Origin: Octopus vulgaris
Taxonomy: Eukaryota
Direction: 5' to 3'
Length of the DNA: 62,000 nucleotides
Assembly (NCBI GenBank): GCA_951406725.2
Contig: CATOCA020000023.1
Coordinates: 1 to 62,000 of the forward strand
The notes under the pieces are model-generated. The model saw only the letters and a program-made list of their open reading frames with translations, had not been told where the DNA came from and did no database searches. The stretch's first letter is position 1; each line of letters opens with the position of its first letter. Shown here in pieces: positions 40,698 through 52,727 of this stretch. Position numbers and translations under genes: made by a program.

Positions 40698-40934
40698 ATA
40701 CATACATATATATATATATATACATACATACATATATATATATACATATACGTTTGTATGCCTCTTTATCCATCGAACAGTGCTTGACAAACGATGCTGC
40801 TGTTTTCACGCACCCGTAACTGAACGGTTCGGCAAAAGAGAATAGGTCCTGGGCTCTATTTCTTTGACTGAAGGCGGTGCTCCAACATGGCCGCAGTCAA
40901 ATAACTGAAAGTAGCAAAAGTGAGTGAAAGAGTA
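40498..40934 (+). mobile_element. tRNA-derived SINE, full length, diverged
   Basis: GGCGTAGGAGCGGCT head, GGGTTCAGTCCC B-box-like motif, GGCGGTGCTCCAACATGGCCGCAGTC tail. Confidence 0.85.
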
Positions 40935-41019
40935 ATTAGCGAAAACAGTGTATATTCTGTTGTGTCTGGGGATAGTCTTTCTCTTTTAGTGCCTTATTAT
41001 TAAATACACACTCACCAGT

Positions 41020-41470
41020 AAAAATTCAAGGAGTGATATTAGTAGAGGCCAGAGCCCATGGAGAACTAGCCCGTAGATTTAGAAAAGCTCTGAAAGAGAC
41101 CAAACTCAACATTAAAATTGTTGAAAAGCCAAGGAACTCCGTCAGGTCACAATTATGAAGGACATGCCCGTTTAAGAATACCATATGCACAATTGATAAC
41201 TGCATGGCATGTAGAATTAGCCCTGGTATTAACTGTAGAACTCGAAATGTAGTTTACAATATAAGATGCATAGAAGGTGCTTGTAAGGACATGAACATGA
41301 TGTACATAGAAGAGACGTCTAAGAGCATTGCGGAACGGATAAATGAACATTTAAGACAACTTGACGACAGAAAACAGTCTTCTATACTCTACCAACATGC
41401 CAAAGACCACCATGGAGATAACTTGGATCAACCTGACATCCGCATCTTATCCAAGCACCCAGCCCCCATC
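41020..41470 (+). mobile_element. Penelope-like element C-terminal fragment: Cys-rich linker plus GIY-YIG endonuclease
   Basis: IKIVEKP...CPF...C-x4-C-x2-C...NCRTRNVVYNIRC...C...YIEETSKSIAERINEH...LYQH. This is the VY/YIG-R-EH pattern with the CCHH residues; the G of YIG is mutated to E. Confidence 0.85.
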
Positions 41471-42349
41471 CCTGCTTTTCAATGCTAAACCCGATATAAA
41501 ACAGTCATCAACACTATAAATAAACCTGTTCAATCTCTACTCTCCTCATCACCCCAAATCCCAACCTCTAGTTCAAACTTTGATCTCTTACTTGACTATT
41601 CTCTCTAAAAACCCTTCACAAATCCTCAAGCTGACCCTAATATAGACTAAACTCTGAAAACCAATCCTAACAGTAAACCCACACCAAAATAAGAAAGACC
41701 ACTTACCTTTGGCCATTTGGGATCTATAATACAAGGCATGATATGCAAACAACAAGCAAAATATCAACCAACATTTGAAAGTCAAGTTTTATCTGTGTCG
41801 AATCATGATATACACTTGTTTAATAAATACAGTTGTCCTTACATTTACACAGTACATTGCTTCCACAAGTCATCAAACTAATCATTCTGATGCGAAATCA
41901 ATTGTTTTTATTTATAAATAGAAACAAATTAATTATTGAAATTAATATAAGAAATACAATTAACGTGTATGTGTGTCATCATCATTTAACATTCGTTTTT
42001 CATGTTGTCATGGGTTGGACTATTTCACACTATCTGAGATGAATTACTACACGTACATCTAATGTCTGTTTTCACATGGTTTCTATGTCTGAGAAAAGTT
42101 TTGGTAACACTGACACTAGTAAAATTAAAAAGTAAATTTCAAGGATGAGTGGACTGCTAGTAGTGAGAGAGGTGGCTTCATCCTAACCTGTAGTATGATA
42201 GAGAGACAGGCAGAGGTGTGTCGCTGTAGAGAAAGTACATGGCTACCCTGCATATATGTATGTATATAGGTAGACATCGATTAGAGCGCTTTCTCATTGC
42301 TAATATGTTAACATATGCCTGATGTGTGCTTTAAAAATAAAGTGCTTGC

Positions 42350-45300
42350 ACTGGCACTAATTTCTTCAGATGATGAAAATCACGGAGAGGATCATAGCCC
42401 AACTTATTAGGAAAAGACTTAATCTAGATGAGATGCAATTTGGTTTTGTATCAGGAAGAAACACCAGTCATGATATATTTCTGGTAAGAAACCCCAGGAG
42501 AAGTACCTAACCAAGTATAAACCTATGTACTTGACTTTTGTTGGTATCATAATCATTCAGGTAATAACAGATAAATATAAAACAGGCAGACCCTAGCAAC
42601 TCCTCTATGCTGATTACAGGATTACAACTAAACACACATATATTACAATTTATTACATTACATTCAATTCGCCATATATTATTCATTTTATTATCCATCA
42701 TCTTTCCCTTCACATTTCAGGTATACTGAAGACCCTTTACTCATTGCTTCAGACTGCATAAAATATTGGTGAAAGCAAACAGTTGTCAGACTTATTTATG
42801 ACAAAAAGCGAGTCAGTATGACCAACGTACCCTGTCCTGCACCTGATTGTGCCATGAGTTGGCCTGTAAACAATCCATGGGAGAGAGTACTGACAAGCCT
42901 CATCGATCATCTGCAACAATGACACAGAATGTATGCACCTGCCACCTACAACAAATACAACCCCCTCCTCCAACTACACTACCATTCCCAGCCACTGAGG
43001 AAAAACGTTGTCGCCTGAGGAAGTAGCTGCTACAATACTACAGCTCCAGCACATTCAACGTCTGCAACCATCGGCAATTCTCCAAGATGTCTGACCAACC
43101 GATCCGCTTAATGCTAAACCAGTCGCCCACCATACGCCCATACCAGTCCTGGTTCATTGGCAAGAGGAAGTAAAAGCAGGTCTCGACCGGAATGTTCCAC
43201 TTGGAGTTATCAAGCCTATTCCCATTGGTACATCTGTCAATTGGTGACAGACAATGGTGGTATGTCCTAACAGGTCTGGAAAACCATCTTAAAGGAGCAT
43301 CGAATGGCGCACAGGCACTTAACACTGCCCTATCAGCTATGAGCTGACATTGTACCTTCTTCCACAATTGGGGAGAATCACCGCCATTGCATTTCCCCAT
43401 GACAACTGCCGCGCCAAAGTCGGTATTGAGACAATAAAGGGCCTCGTTACAGACAACACTGACACCAATGGCTTCCTTAACACTGACAGTTTCCAGTGCA
43501 CAATGCTACAATAAAGAAATACACCTGACTGGGACACACACTTGTCCCCAGCCATGTGCATCTTTGGCAGCCCTATACAATACTTTATTCCCATCCATCC
43601 CGGCAAGTACAAGCTACATTCCACATGGCATGAAACTATGACTTATTGAAAAGAAGACCTGCGTAAACACAACATGAGTGCTACTGAACGGTTGTCAAAA
43701 CACACATGCTCACTTCTTTCGAACTATGTCCTAATCCAGAGCCAAGTTTGACCCAATCCTACAAATGGGGGGAAAACTGGTGCCATTTAGATGTACGTCA
43801 TTTCGATCTGTACATGTTGAGAGTGGATGGATCAGGCCAAGTCACACTGTGCAACAAAATTCCTCTGGAAGTATCTACTGCTTCTTCCCCATGGCCCACT
43901 GCTCATGGTGTCTGGACCACATGCGTTCCCTACGCCAACACCAGTGATGAGACTACCTTCTCAACCGACTTTAACAGCACCTCATGCAGCTGCAACACCA
44001 ATGCCCACTTCCCGATTCCAAAATTACCATGACCAGAAAAGCATCTCACCGCCTACCCACAGAGCCACGCCAACTTACCCCACCTTTACCACAAGTGGTC
44101 ATACCCCAACACCCCTTGAAACCCCTGCTTTCCAAAAGTGACCCTTGCCTGATGCAGTTTATCCTCCATCCAGCAATTGTCCTGTTTGTCGCTCTGCCAG
44201 ACTCGCAAAGACTGACACAAAAGCCTGATGCACAACTGACACGTTGCTCCTTGATCGTCACACCGTCAATATTGATTAAGGGTCTCTTGCACTAATTATT
44301 ATTTTCGTTAATCATTTAATACATATTATTAGTCTTCTTTGCTTCTCTCAAAGGAATTGGGGAGGGCATAGAGGATGACAACTGAACACTCATATATTAT
44401 CATTTATTACATTACATTCAATTAGCCATACATTATTAGTTTCATTATCCAAATATTTTCCTTCACGTTTCATGTATACCGAGGACCTTCTTTTTCATTG
44501 CTTCAATCAGTGTACATAAAGTGTTTGTGAAAGCAAAGAGTTTTCACACTTATTTACTAATGAGCTTCTTCTTATAGCTAAATCACTACCAGAACTAGAG
44601 AACAAATTGTGCGTACGGAAGCAAGGTCTAGAATTGAAAGGTCACAGAATTAACCTACCCAACCCTAACACAAAGTCTTAGTAAGTAGGAAAACAGATAA
44701 ATCGTAAAGCCCTTCAGGTACATGGCCATCCTCAATATGAAGGAAACAGGTAGGTAGATGTACTCTGTATAACACATAATAGGTGTAGCAATATCAGAGG
44801 AAGGTAAACTGGGAAAATATTTTTTGCATGTGGAAGGTGCACATGTACAGTAAACACTAAAAGTGTACAGAAAATGGGCTTCATCAAATACCAGAGGAGT
44901 ACGATAAAGATTGTTGAGCAACAAAGTCAGTAGCAGAGGTGGATGAACCAAGAGTGAGGCTGCAAGAATAAAAATAGGCTGAGCAAATTCAGAGAGCTCC
45001 TTCCTCTGTTTAGTAACTAAGGGTCTCTCCTTCAGAGTGAAAGCCAGATTTATTATACCTGTGCAGACAACTATGCTACATGGCAGAAGAAGTAGACATA
45101 AGAAGGCATTGGACAAGGTGGTAATGCATGATCTTTGACTGTTGGAACTTATAAAGGCAATGACTAATGACTGACACCTTTCATGACATGCCGTGCCTTA
45201 GAAGACAATATATTGTAATTAATTTCCCATCAATTAATTTTTTCACAACCCCTGCCCACAACACTCATGGAGTGCTTGATGTTAAGAAGGGCATCCAGCC

Positions 45301-45421
45301 ATAGAAACAATGACAAATCAAGACTGGAGTCTGCTGCAGACCCTCAGCTTACAGCCCTGATGAAACTGTCCAACCCAAGCCAGCATAGAAAATGGACATT
45401 AAATGATGATGATGATGATGA
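42350..45421 (+). mobile_element. Decayed RTE-group LINE interrupted by an LTR element
   Basis: MKITERIIAQLIRKRLNLDEMQFGF at ~42374; LIAKSLPELENK...KQGLELKG at ~44570 (same family as 57251-57783); (GAT)n tail at 45403-45421. Confidence 0.8.
42611..44559 (+). mobile_element. Internally deleted Gypsy-type LTR retrotransposon
   Basis: ~190-bp diverged direct repeats at ~42611-42803 and ~44367-44559. Purine tract AAGGAATTGGGGAGGG precedes the 3' repeat. RT-start remnant HTPIPVLVHWQEEVKAGLDR..LGVIKP is followed by integrase remnant AFPHDNCRA...RNTPD. Confidence 0.85.
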
Positions 45422-46156
45422 GGACAATTCTTTTTGTAAAACTTTTGCATTTGATGCTGAACATCTAGTTTAAAGTTAATTTTATACATTGAATTTTCAT
45501 TTCCAGTGAAATCAATTTTAATATTTCAAATTCAAAAATATTTAACAAAATATAATGAGAAACTGAAGCAAGTACTACTTCTATATTTGTAAAAACAAAA
45601 AGAAACAAATAGAGGAAAATGAGCAAAATTGTGCAAAAGTGAACTAAGAAACAGAATACTGTGTAAGGCAAGAGACAACTGTATTTTATGAGAGTACCAT
45701 ATTGCATAAACACAAAAAAAAGAAACTATTGCAGAGGGAATTAAACTGAAACAGATATCAACATGACACACACAACCCATGCTAGTATGGATAAAATGAT
45801 TAGATATTTCTGTCGAGAGAAAATTCAGTGACAATCTTATGCAACCAACAATAACCTCAAATTTATCAGATTATTGTAGATGAGCAACAACTCAAGAAAA
45901 CCTGTCAAAATTCTATGTTCTTACAATGAATTAATTGCAAGTATTTAAGTATGTAGACAACATAATTTCATGTTTTATATGCATCAATACATGTGTAAAA
46001 ATAAGTCTCATACCTACGTTCATTTTTCCATCCTAGCATGAGTTTGAAAAATATAAGATTTAATAGTTGGGTAACGTTGTCGTAGCTAATGCTAATTTTC
46101 TACTAAAGGTTTTCTTTTTCTTTCAAAGTGCAGTTGTAACAAATGATACATTTGTA

Positions 46157-47359
46157 CACAAACATGACAAAAGTAAATAGATACCCATTAACACATTGTT
46201 ATTATAACTTGAAGAGGTTTATATTTTTTTTATTAATTGACATTTATATATGTTTCAGGTTCTATATGTAACTGTTTAATCATGCCATGTACAAAAGAAG
46301 CCTTAAAAATGTCCAATTTACAAAGAGGCCATATGCTGCACCTATTTCAAGGCTGACTTAGCCTAAAACCACAGAAAACATTGTGATTCTACTTTCTACA
46401 GTAAATAGAGTAATTTTTCAATTCACTAAACGGGAAAGTAGTCCATATCACCTTACCCAGGTAGACTAAGGCCCTCTGACAACACTTTGCTTTCTTAAGA
46501 GAAGTGTGTAAGATAATCCTCATTGCAAGGCCTCCAATATAGCAGAATAAGTTGATGTCAGTCCCAGAATAGCTGTCAGTTATCTCCGCAAAATTGGCTA
46601 TTATGGCAGAGCAGCAAGAAAGAAGACACTGCTTCGACCAGCCAATATCAAATGGAGAAAAGATTGGACAAGTGAAATGGTAGAGAGGTCACTAGCACTT
46701 TGGGACACAGTCAAATCCTCTGATGAATCCAGATTTGCTGTATTTTCTGACACTGATCGAATGTGGGTCTGGAGAATCAGTCACCAATATTTTCACGTGA
46801 ATATATTGCAGCCAACAATGAAACATGTGATGGTCTAGAGAGCAGTTTGGAGCAATAGTCAATCAGAAATGGTGGAATGTGAGGGATACATAAACTCAGA
46901 TAAATATGTGTCCATATTATAGAAAAATCTTCTTCCTATAACCTCCAGGAGTAAAATGATTAAATAACACTATTTATGGAAGATAGGGCTTTCTTGCACA
47001 ACTAAAAGACCCAGGATTGGTTGGAAGAGAATGGCATTAAAAAGCTTCCATAGCTAAGCCAATCACCAGATATGAACCCTACTGAACACATCTGAGGCAT
47101 GATGGATGGGATACTTCCTAAAAAGAAAAAGAAAGCATCCTTAAAGCCAGATCTTTTGATATTACTGCAAGAAACTTGGCAAGAAAATCATGAAGAGAAT
47201 ATTCATCAGATCAGTAGCATGCCTGCTAGGGTCCTTGCATTCAAAAATGCAAGGAGCCTGTCTACTAAATATTAGATATTCACATTATAATAATTAATAA
47301 ATAATTTAAATAAATTTTAACAATTATAAGGATGTCTATTTAATTCTGTCATGTCTATG
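46157..47359 (+). mobile_element. Tc1/mariner DNA transposon, full length, transposase pseudogene (~46282-47275)
   Basis: Imperfect TIRs (26/32 match counting the flanking TA) bounded by TA at 46155 and 47360. Translations RAARKK, WDTVKSSDESRF, SQSPDMNPTEH and SMPARV...STKY*; several stops. Confidence 0.92.
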
Positions 47360-47579
47360 TAGTTTTTGAAGCAAAACACAATGGAAACATTAATATTAAG
47401 ACCTTTTCAAAAATCTCTCTCAAGCTTTTCATGCACACTAAGATTTTATTGACATTCATTCAAATTCACTCATTCCAACATGAAACAATTTTTTCCATCA
47501 AAAACTTAGTGATGTTTTCACTGTCTCTAATTTGATCTAGATCCTCTAAGTGTCTCTAATGCATTCATGCCTTAATTTC

Positions 47580-48110
47580 AATTTGTTCCCTAGATTTTTC
47601 CTCAGGGCCAACTCACCAAACAGAAATTAATGAGACCTAATTGCCTTTCATCTTGATCACATAAATACTCCCACATATTTGGTGCTCAAATACAGCATGC
47701 TCCACACTAGGAGATTGACAGTTACCCAGTATATGCAAAAATCGAACACATTTGCAGTACTAAACAAGCCATTACTATTGCATTTTCTGGCTTCATGTTT
47801 CCCAATTATATCCCAATTTTTTTTATCTCTGAAATCACCAAGTATGAAGATTTTATAAGCAGAAAGAATACTGCACAGAAGCTTTTTTCATGAAAGATAA
47901 AATATTAGTCCTTTTTTTCTCTTCAGAGGAACACATGGTTGGAGGGTAGACACTTACTAAGGTAACAAATCTCTTGTTTGACAATGGCAATCTCACTGAC
48001 ATCAAGGTAATCAGTAAATCCAAAGAGTTCATAATCTTAGATGCCAATATTTCACAAACATTCAATGGTCTGTACTCTCTTGCAGTAGCAAGATGACACA
48101 TAGGCCCAGG
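47580..48110 (-). mobile_element. RTE-BovB-like AP endonuclease fragment
   Basis: LMSVRLPLSNKRFVTLVSVYPPT and, in a shifted frame, WDIIGKHEARKCNSNGL resemble RTE APE motifs. Confidence 0.72.
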
Positions 48111-48547
48111 CAGCAATACTGTGGGACACCTTCCAAGCCAGACCTTTCACTATCCATTCCACATCCCTTCTTGACATTACTCTAAATTATTTTGATTTTT
48201 CAATGAGTATTTTGCACTTTTTGTCAACAGTTACCTATAACATGCATCACATAATTGATATGGTGTATACACACACATGCAATAAGCTTCATATAGTTCC
48301 CATCAACCACTTTCACTAAAAATGCATTTGTTGGTCCCTACCTATAGTCGAAGACTCTTGCCCAAAATGCCACACAGTAGAACTAGACCCTAAACCATGG
48401 CATTGGGAAACAAACATATTTTAAATTTGCAAACATATATGTCTTATGGAAATTGTTCAATATACACAGAGAAACAGTTGTTCAATTTACAAACAGCTAT
48501 GGTTAACTAACAGAAAACTTAATTTAACAAAAAAATTATGTACTTAC

Positions 48548-48588
48548 ATATAGGTGAAGCTTCGCATGGGCTACTTGCTTGGTAAAAT
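48548..48588 (-). other. Candidate 41-nt internal exon
   Basis: Minus strand CTTTTCTTTATACATGTAG|ATTTTACC...CTATAT|GTAAGTA; reading frame stays open when joined to the 50006 donor. Confidence 0.45.
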
Positions 48589-50005
48589 CTACATGTATAA
48601 AGAAAAGTCTACATGTATAAACTGTTGTGGTGAGAGTCATTGGCACCCCTATGGGATTGGAAGAATGGACTAGCAAAACTCTTATAAAAAAATTAGCATA
48701 TTGGTTGAGACAAAGAGAGTCATTGGGAGTTCATGGAAGTTGTTGACATTGTTCAGAGTTTATATTTATTAGAAGTATTGTGTTTAGTAGAGTAATCTGA
48801 AGTGGGTTGTGTGAAGACAGTTGTGTCTATCCCCGCTTCGTGAAATTTGCATATCCAACATATAGAAGGATATAAAATAAACAAAAGTTCGCATGTAAAC
48901 AAATAAGTGTAATCATTCATTTTTTAACTCTGAAAGTAAAAATGAAAAACTTCCTAATAGTAGCGAAAGGAAAATTTTGGCTTTAATATCAGTTCAATAC
49001 TCTTTATTTGAAGTGACAAGCAGCCAAGTATTATGCAAATGGAAACTTTTACATGTCTCATGTTACATGCATATATATGCATGCTTGCACCCAGTTTCTG
49101 TGCACATCTATAGACTTAACTTTTTTTTCCTTTGCATGCAACTCTTTTCTCATGAGAAGAATATCTCCTCCTCATTTTATAACTCTCCCGTCTTTTTCTT
49201 ACCATATCACCATCGTCACATCAACAGAGACATTAAGGCTGCACAATAGCAGTCGACAAGGCATGTATAACGATTAAATAAAAAAAAATGTGTCTATATC
49301 TTCGATCAATGTCATTATTCCATTGAGTCAACCTCATTGTTTTCTACATAGCAGACCGTTACATAAACAGGCAAAGGTAATCTCTCGTTTTAACTCGAAA
49401 TAATGTAAACACTGAATCGGCCATACATACATACACACACACACACATACATAGATAGATACATACACACACACACACATACATGCATACATACATATAC
49501 ACATACACCGAGTAAAAAATTTCAGTTATCTCTCTCTGTCTCTTCACACACACTAACAGAAGCACTTCACTTACACAACATACTTTCTGTCTCGCACACC
49601 CCATCAAACACACACACACACACACACACACATGTACATCAAAGCTTCCCATTCGCGGTAACTTCAAAAAGAAATTCCCTCCTCATACAATCGCTTCCTC
49701 TTAGTCTCTTTCGCTCTCATTACTTCAAAAGTTCCCGCAAACCCATATGTAAAAAAAAATAAAAGTTTTTTACGAAATCGACGGAAAGGTCTACTAGAAA
49801 CGAAAGATAATCTTTCGTTTTAACCAACATCTTAATTATGAACCTCAACTCCAAACTTTTTATACATTTTGCCACTAAATAAAATGAAAACCGAGCGGCC
49901 TTCCGTCACAACAGACTTCCTTCAGCTTTTCTCTTTACATCGTCACCAACTACTCTCACTTATTTTTTCTAGATATTAACAATAACAATAATAATAATTT
50001 CTTAC

Positions 50006-50090
50006 CTACTTCTTTCATAATTGTTAGCTGCAGGAAAAACATTCAAAGACGAAAATTCAATAAAAAAACAGAGACCGTCGCCATTGAAAA
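50006..50090 (-). other. Candidate first exon ending ATGAAAGAAGTAG|GTAAGA; 5' boundary uncertain
   Basis: Consensus AG|GTAAG donor ~90 bp from the promoter motifs. Confidence 0.45.
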
Positions 50091-50160
50091 GCATACGACA
50101 ACAATCCCACAATGCTTTGCGAAAAGTCAGACACCAGTTTTTAGCCGCCATAGTTTCGTA
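50070..50160 (-). promoter_or_regulatory. Candidate housekeeping-type promoter: ZNF143/Staf-like site plus two YY1-like motifs
   Basis: ACAACAATCCCACAATGCTTTGCG at 50098-50121; GTCGCCATTG at 50077; GCCGCCAT at 50144; non-repetitive context with retained CpGs. Confidence 0.55.
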
Positions 50161-50580
50161 TTTGCTTGGTTCATAAATTGTAAAATAGATACATTTACAG
50201 CTTATTTTCTTCTGTTTTTTTTTTTTTGCGGAACACGTACAAAAATACGGAGTTTATGATTCATGTGTGAGTGTGTGTTCTTGATAATCGTTTAGAACAA
50301 GTATTCTATAAGCACCTCTCTCTCTCTCTCTCTCTCATTTACATGTAGTAATCCATGCATAAATGTTGAAATGCATGGTACTAAAATACATATATGCAGT
50401 TATATATAACCGTGCGAGCGTACATTGTTTGATACGTATGTACATATGTGTAGATGTATATGTGTGTATACGTGTCTGGGTATGTGTGTGCCGTATGTTG
50501 TGTATATTTGTGTATAAATATGTACATGCATGCACATATGAGCATGTGTAAATATACATATGTATTATATATGTATGCAT

Positions 50581-50976
50581 ACTCTTTACTCTTTTACTTG
50601 TTTCAATCATTTGACTGCGGCCATGCTGGAGCACCGCCTTTAGTCGAGTAAATCGACCCCGGGACTTATTCTTTGTAAGCCCAGTACTTATTCTATTGGT
50701 CTCTTTTGCCGAACCGCTAAGTGACGGGGACGTAAACACATCAGCATCGGTTGTCAAGCAATGCTAGGGGGACAAACACAGACACACACACATACATACA
50801 TATATACATATATACGACAGGATTCTTTCAGTTTCCGTCTACCAAATCCACTCACAAGGCATTGGTCGGCCCGGGGCTATAGCAGAATACACTTGCCCAA
50901 GATGCCACGCAGTGGGACTGAACCCGGAACCATGTGGTTGGTTAGCAAGCTACTTACCACACAGCCACTCCTGCGC
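50581..50976 (-). mobile_element. tRNA-derived SINE (octopus-type), full length, best-preserved copy
   Basis: Minus strand GCGCAGGAGTGGCTGTGTGGTAAG (A-box-like), GGGTTCAGTCCC (B-box-like), GTAAAAGA-type repeat tail. Confidence 0.92.
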
Positions 50977-51459
50977 ATGTAAAATATATTTAAAAAAAAA
51001 CAATAAAATAAAACAAGTTTGAATTTTAACCATTGTCCTTGGAAAAATTGTCATATATATGTATAGAAAGAGCCATATACATCGATGACATAGTTTTCCG
51101 ATCGGTCACGGTTGGAACGTCTCTCCGATCACCCATAATCCACCTACTGGTTCAGTAAAGACTGTAGAAGTAGGGGTTTTAAACATGATCGACAACGCGG
51201 ATTTCAGCAAAAACCACGCACCATAAGGAAACAAACTAAAACCGTATTGTTTACAATGTTTATATGTATTTAAATGTGTAATATACTGACCTTTTCATTG
51301 TCCAAGGTGGAGGTAAGGGACTGGCCTAAGGCTTCATTCAGTGTGGGGGTGATCGTAAGTCCACGACAGGGTGACCATTTGGACACACGAGCGGAAGAGA
51401 TAGCAACATAATAATCCTTGTAGTGAGTTTGATAATGGCTTTTAAACATTGCACTAAGA

Positions 51460-52440
51460 GCTGCTGCTGATGGTGGTGGTAGTAAAAGGTAAAAAGTGCG
51501 TCGTGGTGAGAGGAAGTCACTCTGTACTGATGGTGGTGACGGTGTTGTGGTGTGGTGAGAGATAATGTCGTGATAGAACACTCTGTACCGATGAGGGTGG
51601 TGATGGTGACTGTTGTGGTTGTGGTGAAAGTTACTCAGAACTGATGTGGGGGTGGCGGGAGATACCGGTGTACCGATGATGGTGATAGTGGTGGGGAGAA
51701 GTTACTCTACTGATGGGGTGGTGATAGCGACTGTATAATGATGGTGGGAGTGGTGGTGAGCGGTTACAGTGTACGAATGATAGTGGTGGTGGTAGAGAGA
51801 GAGAGAGAGAGAGGTAGACTGTAGTAGTAGTAGGAGGAACACAAACGCACACACTCGAACACATAGAAATAAATACATTCACTCACACACAAACGTATGC
51901 GCACACAGTACCTGGATCTGTAAAACAGATCAAAAATAAAATACAAGAGATCGTAAGATCATTTCCAGTTTTCCACACGCACATATCAACACATGTCAAT
52001 GAATGTAGTGCACCAAATTACCCAACTCCCAACAGGTCAGGGGTCACTTCAACGTATCCTGATTGATATTGCTATCTGACCTATTTCCAACACAGAAATG
52101 AAAACACTCACTCACACACACGCACAAACACAGAAATGAAAACACACAGTTACACACTCACAAACGAACAAACTCGAACACATAGAAATAATTACATTCA
52201 CTCACACACACGCACGGAAATGAAAATAATCACACATACTCACACACAGAAATGAAAACACAGTTACAAACTCACACACCTAGCAATGAAAACACACATG
52301 TACACACTCACTCACTCACTCACACACACACACTCAGGCACAAACATTGAACCGGAAACACTCTGTCACACAGGTGCGCACAAACACAGACACAGAAATT
52401 AAAGCACACACACACACATATTGGCTTACAAACACACTCA
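51460..52440. repeat. Low-complexity GGT-rich tract followed by a CA-rich degenerate repeat
   Basis: Recurring CTCTGTAC[T/C]GATG and ACAGAAATGAAAACAC motifs. Confidence 0.6.
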
Positions 52441-52675
52441 TTTAATTTCTTCAGAATGTCAAAGTTTTAAAGTCAACATATTTAAAGCATAAATACCTAC
52501 AAGTGTGCATCTTTGCATGTATCTATGTGTGTGTGTGTGTTCGGACGTATGTGTGTTTGTGCGTGTTTGAGCACAGTCCACACATACGCTGCCGTAACGT
52601 AACGGTTAGAATGAGTACTAGCATTCCAAAGAATAAGTCCTAGAGTACGTTTTGATTGACTAAAGACGGTGCGCG

Positions 52676-52722
<47 letters not shown>

Positions 52723-52727
52723 GAATA

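Noticed and set aside
41150-41165. In-frame TGA in the PLE fragment as selenocysteine
   Set aside because: The fragment is decayed (YIG mutated, truncated). Sec-coding PLEs are the N-terminal-EN Naiads, unlike this domain order, and no SECIS was recognised.
45403-45460. C/D-box snoRNA-like ATGATGA...CTGA
   Set aside because: The C-box-like text is the LINE (GAT)n tail, the span is too short and there is no terminal stem.
47725-47830. Possible extra exon of the candidate transcript
   Set aside because: It gives an immediate stop in the required phase and is better explained as an RTE endonuclease remnant.
50900-50976. tRNA gene
   Set aside because: The A/B-box-like region is the head of a multi-copy SINE and forms no full cloverleaf.
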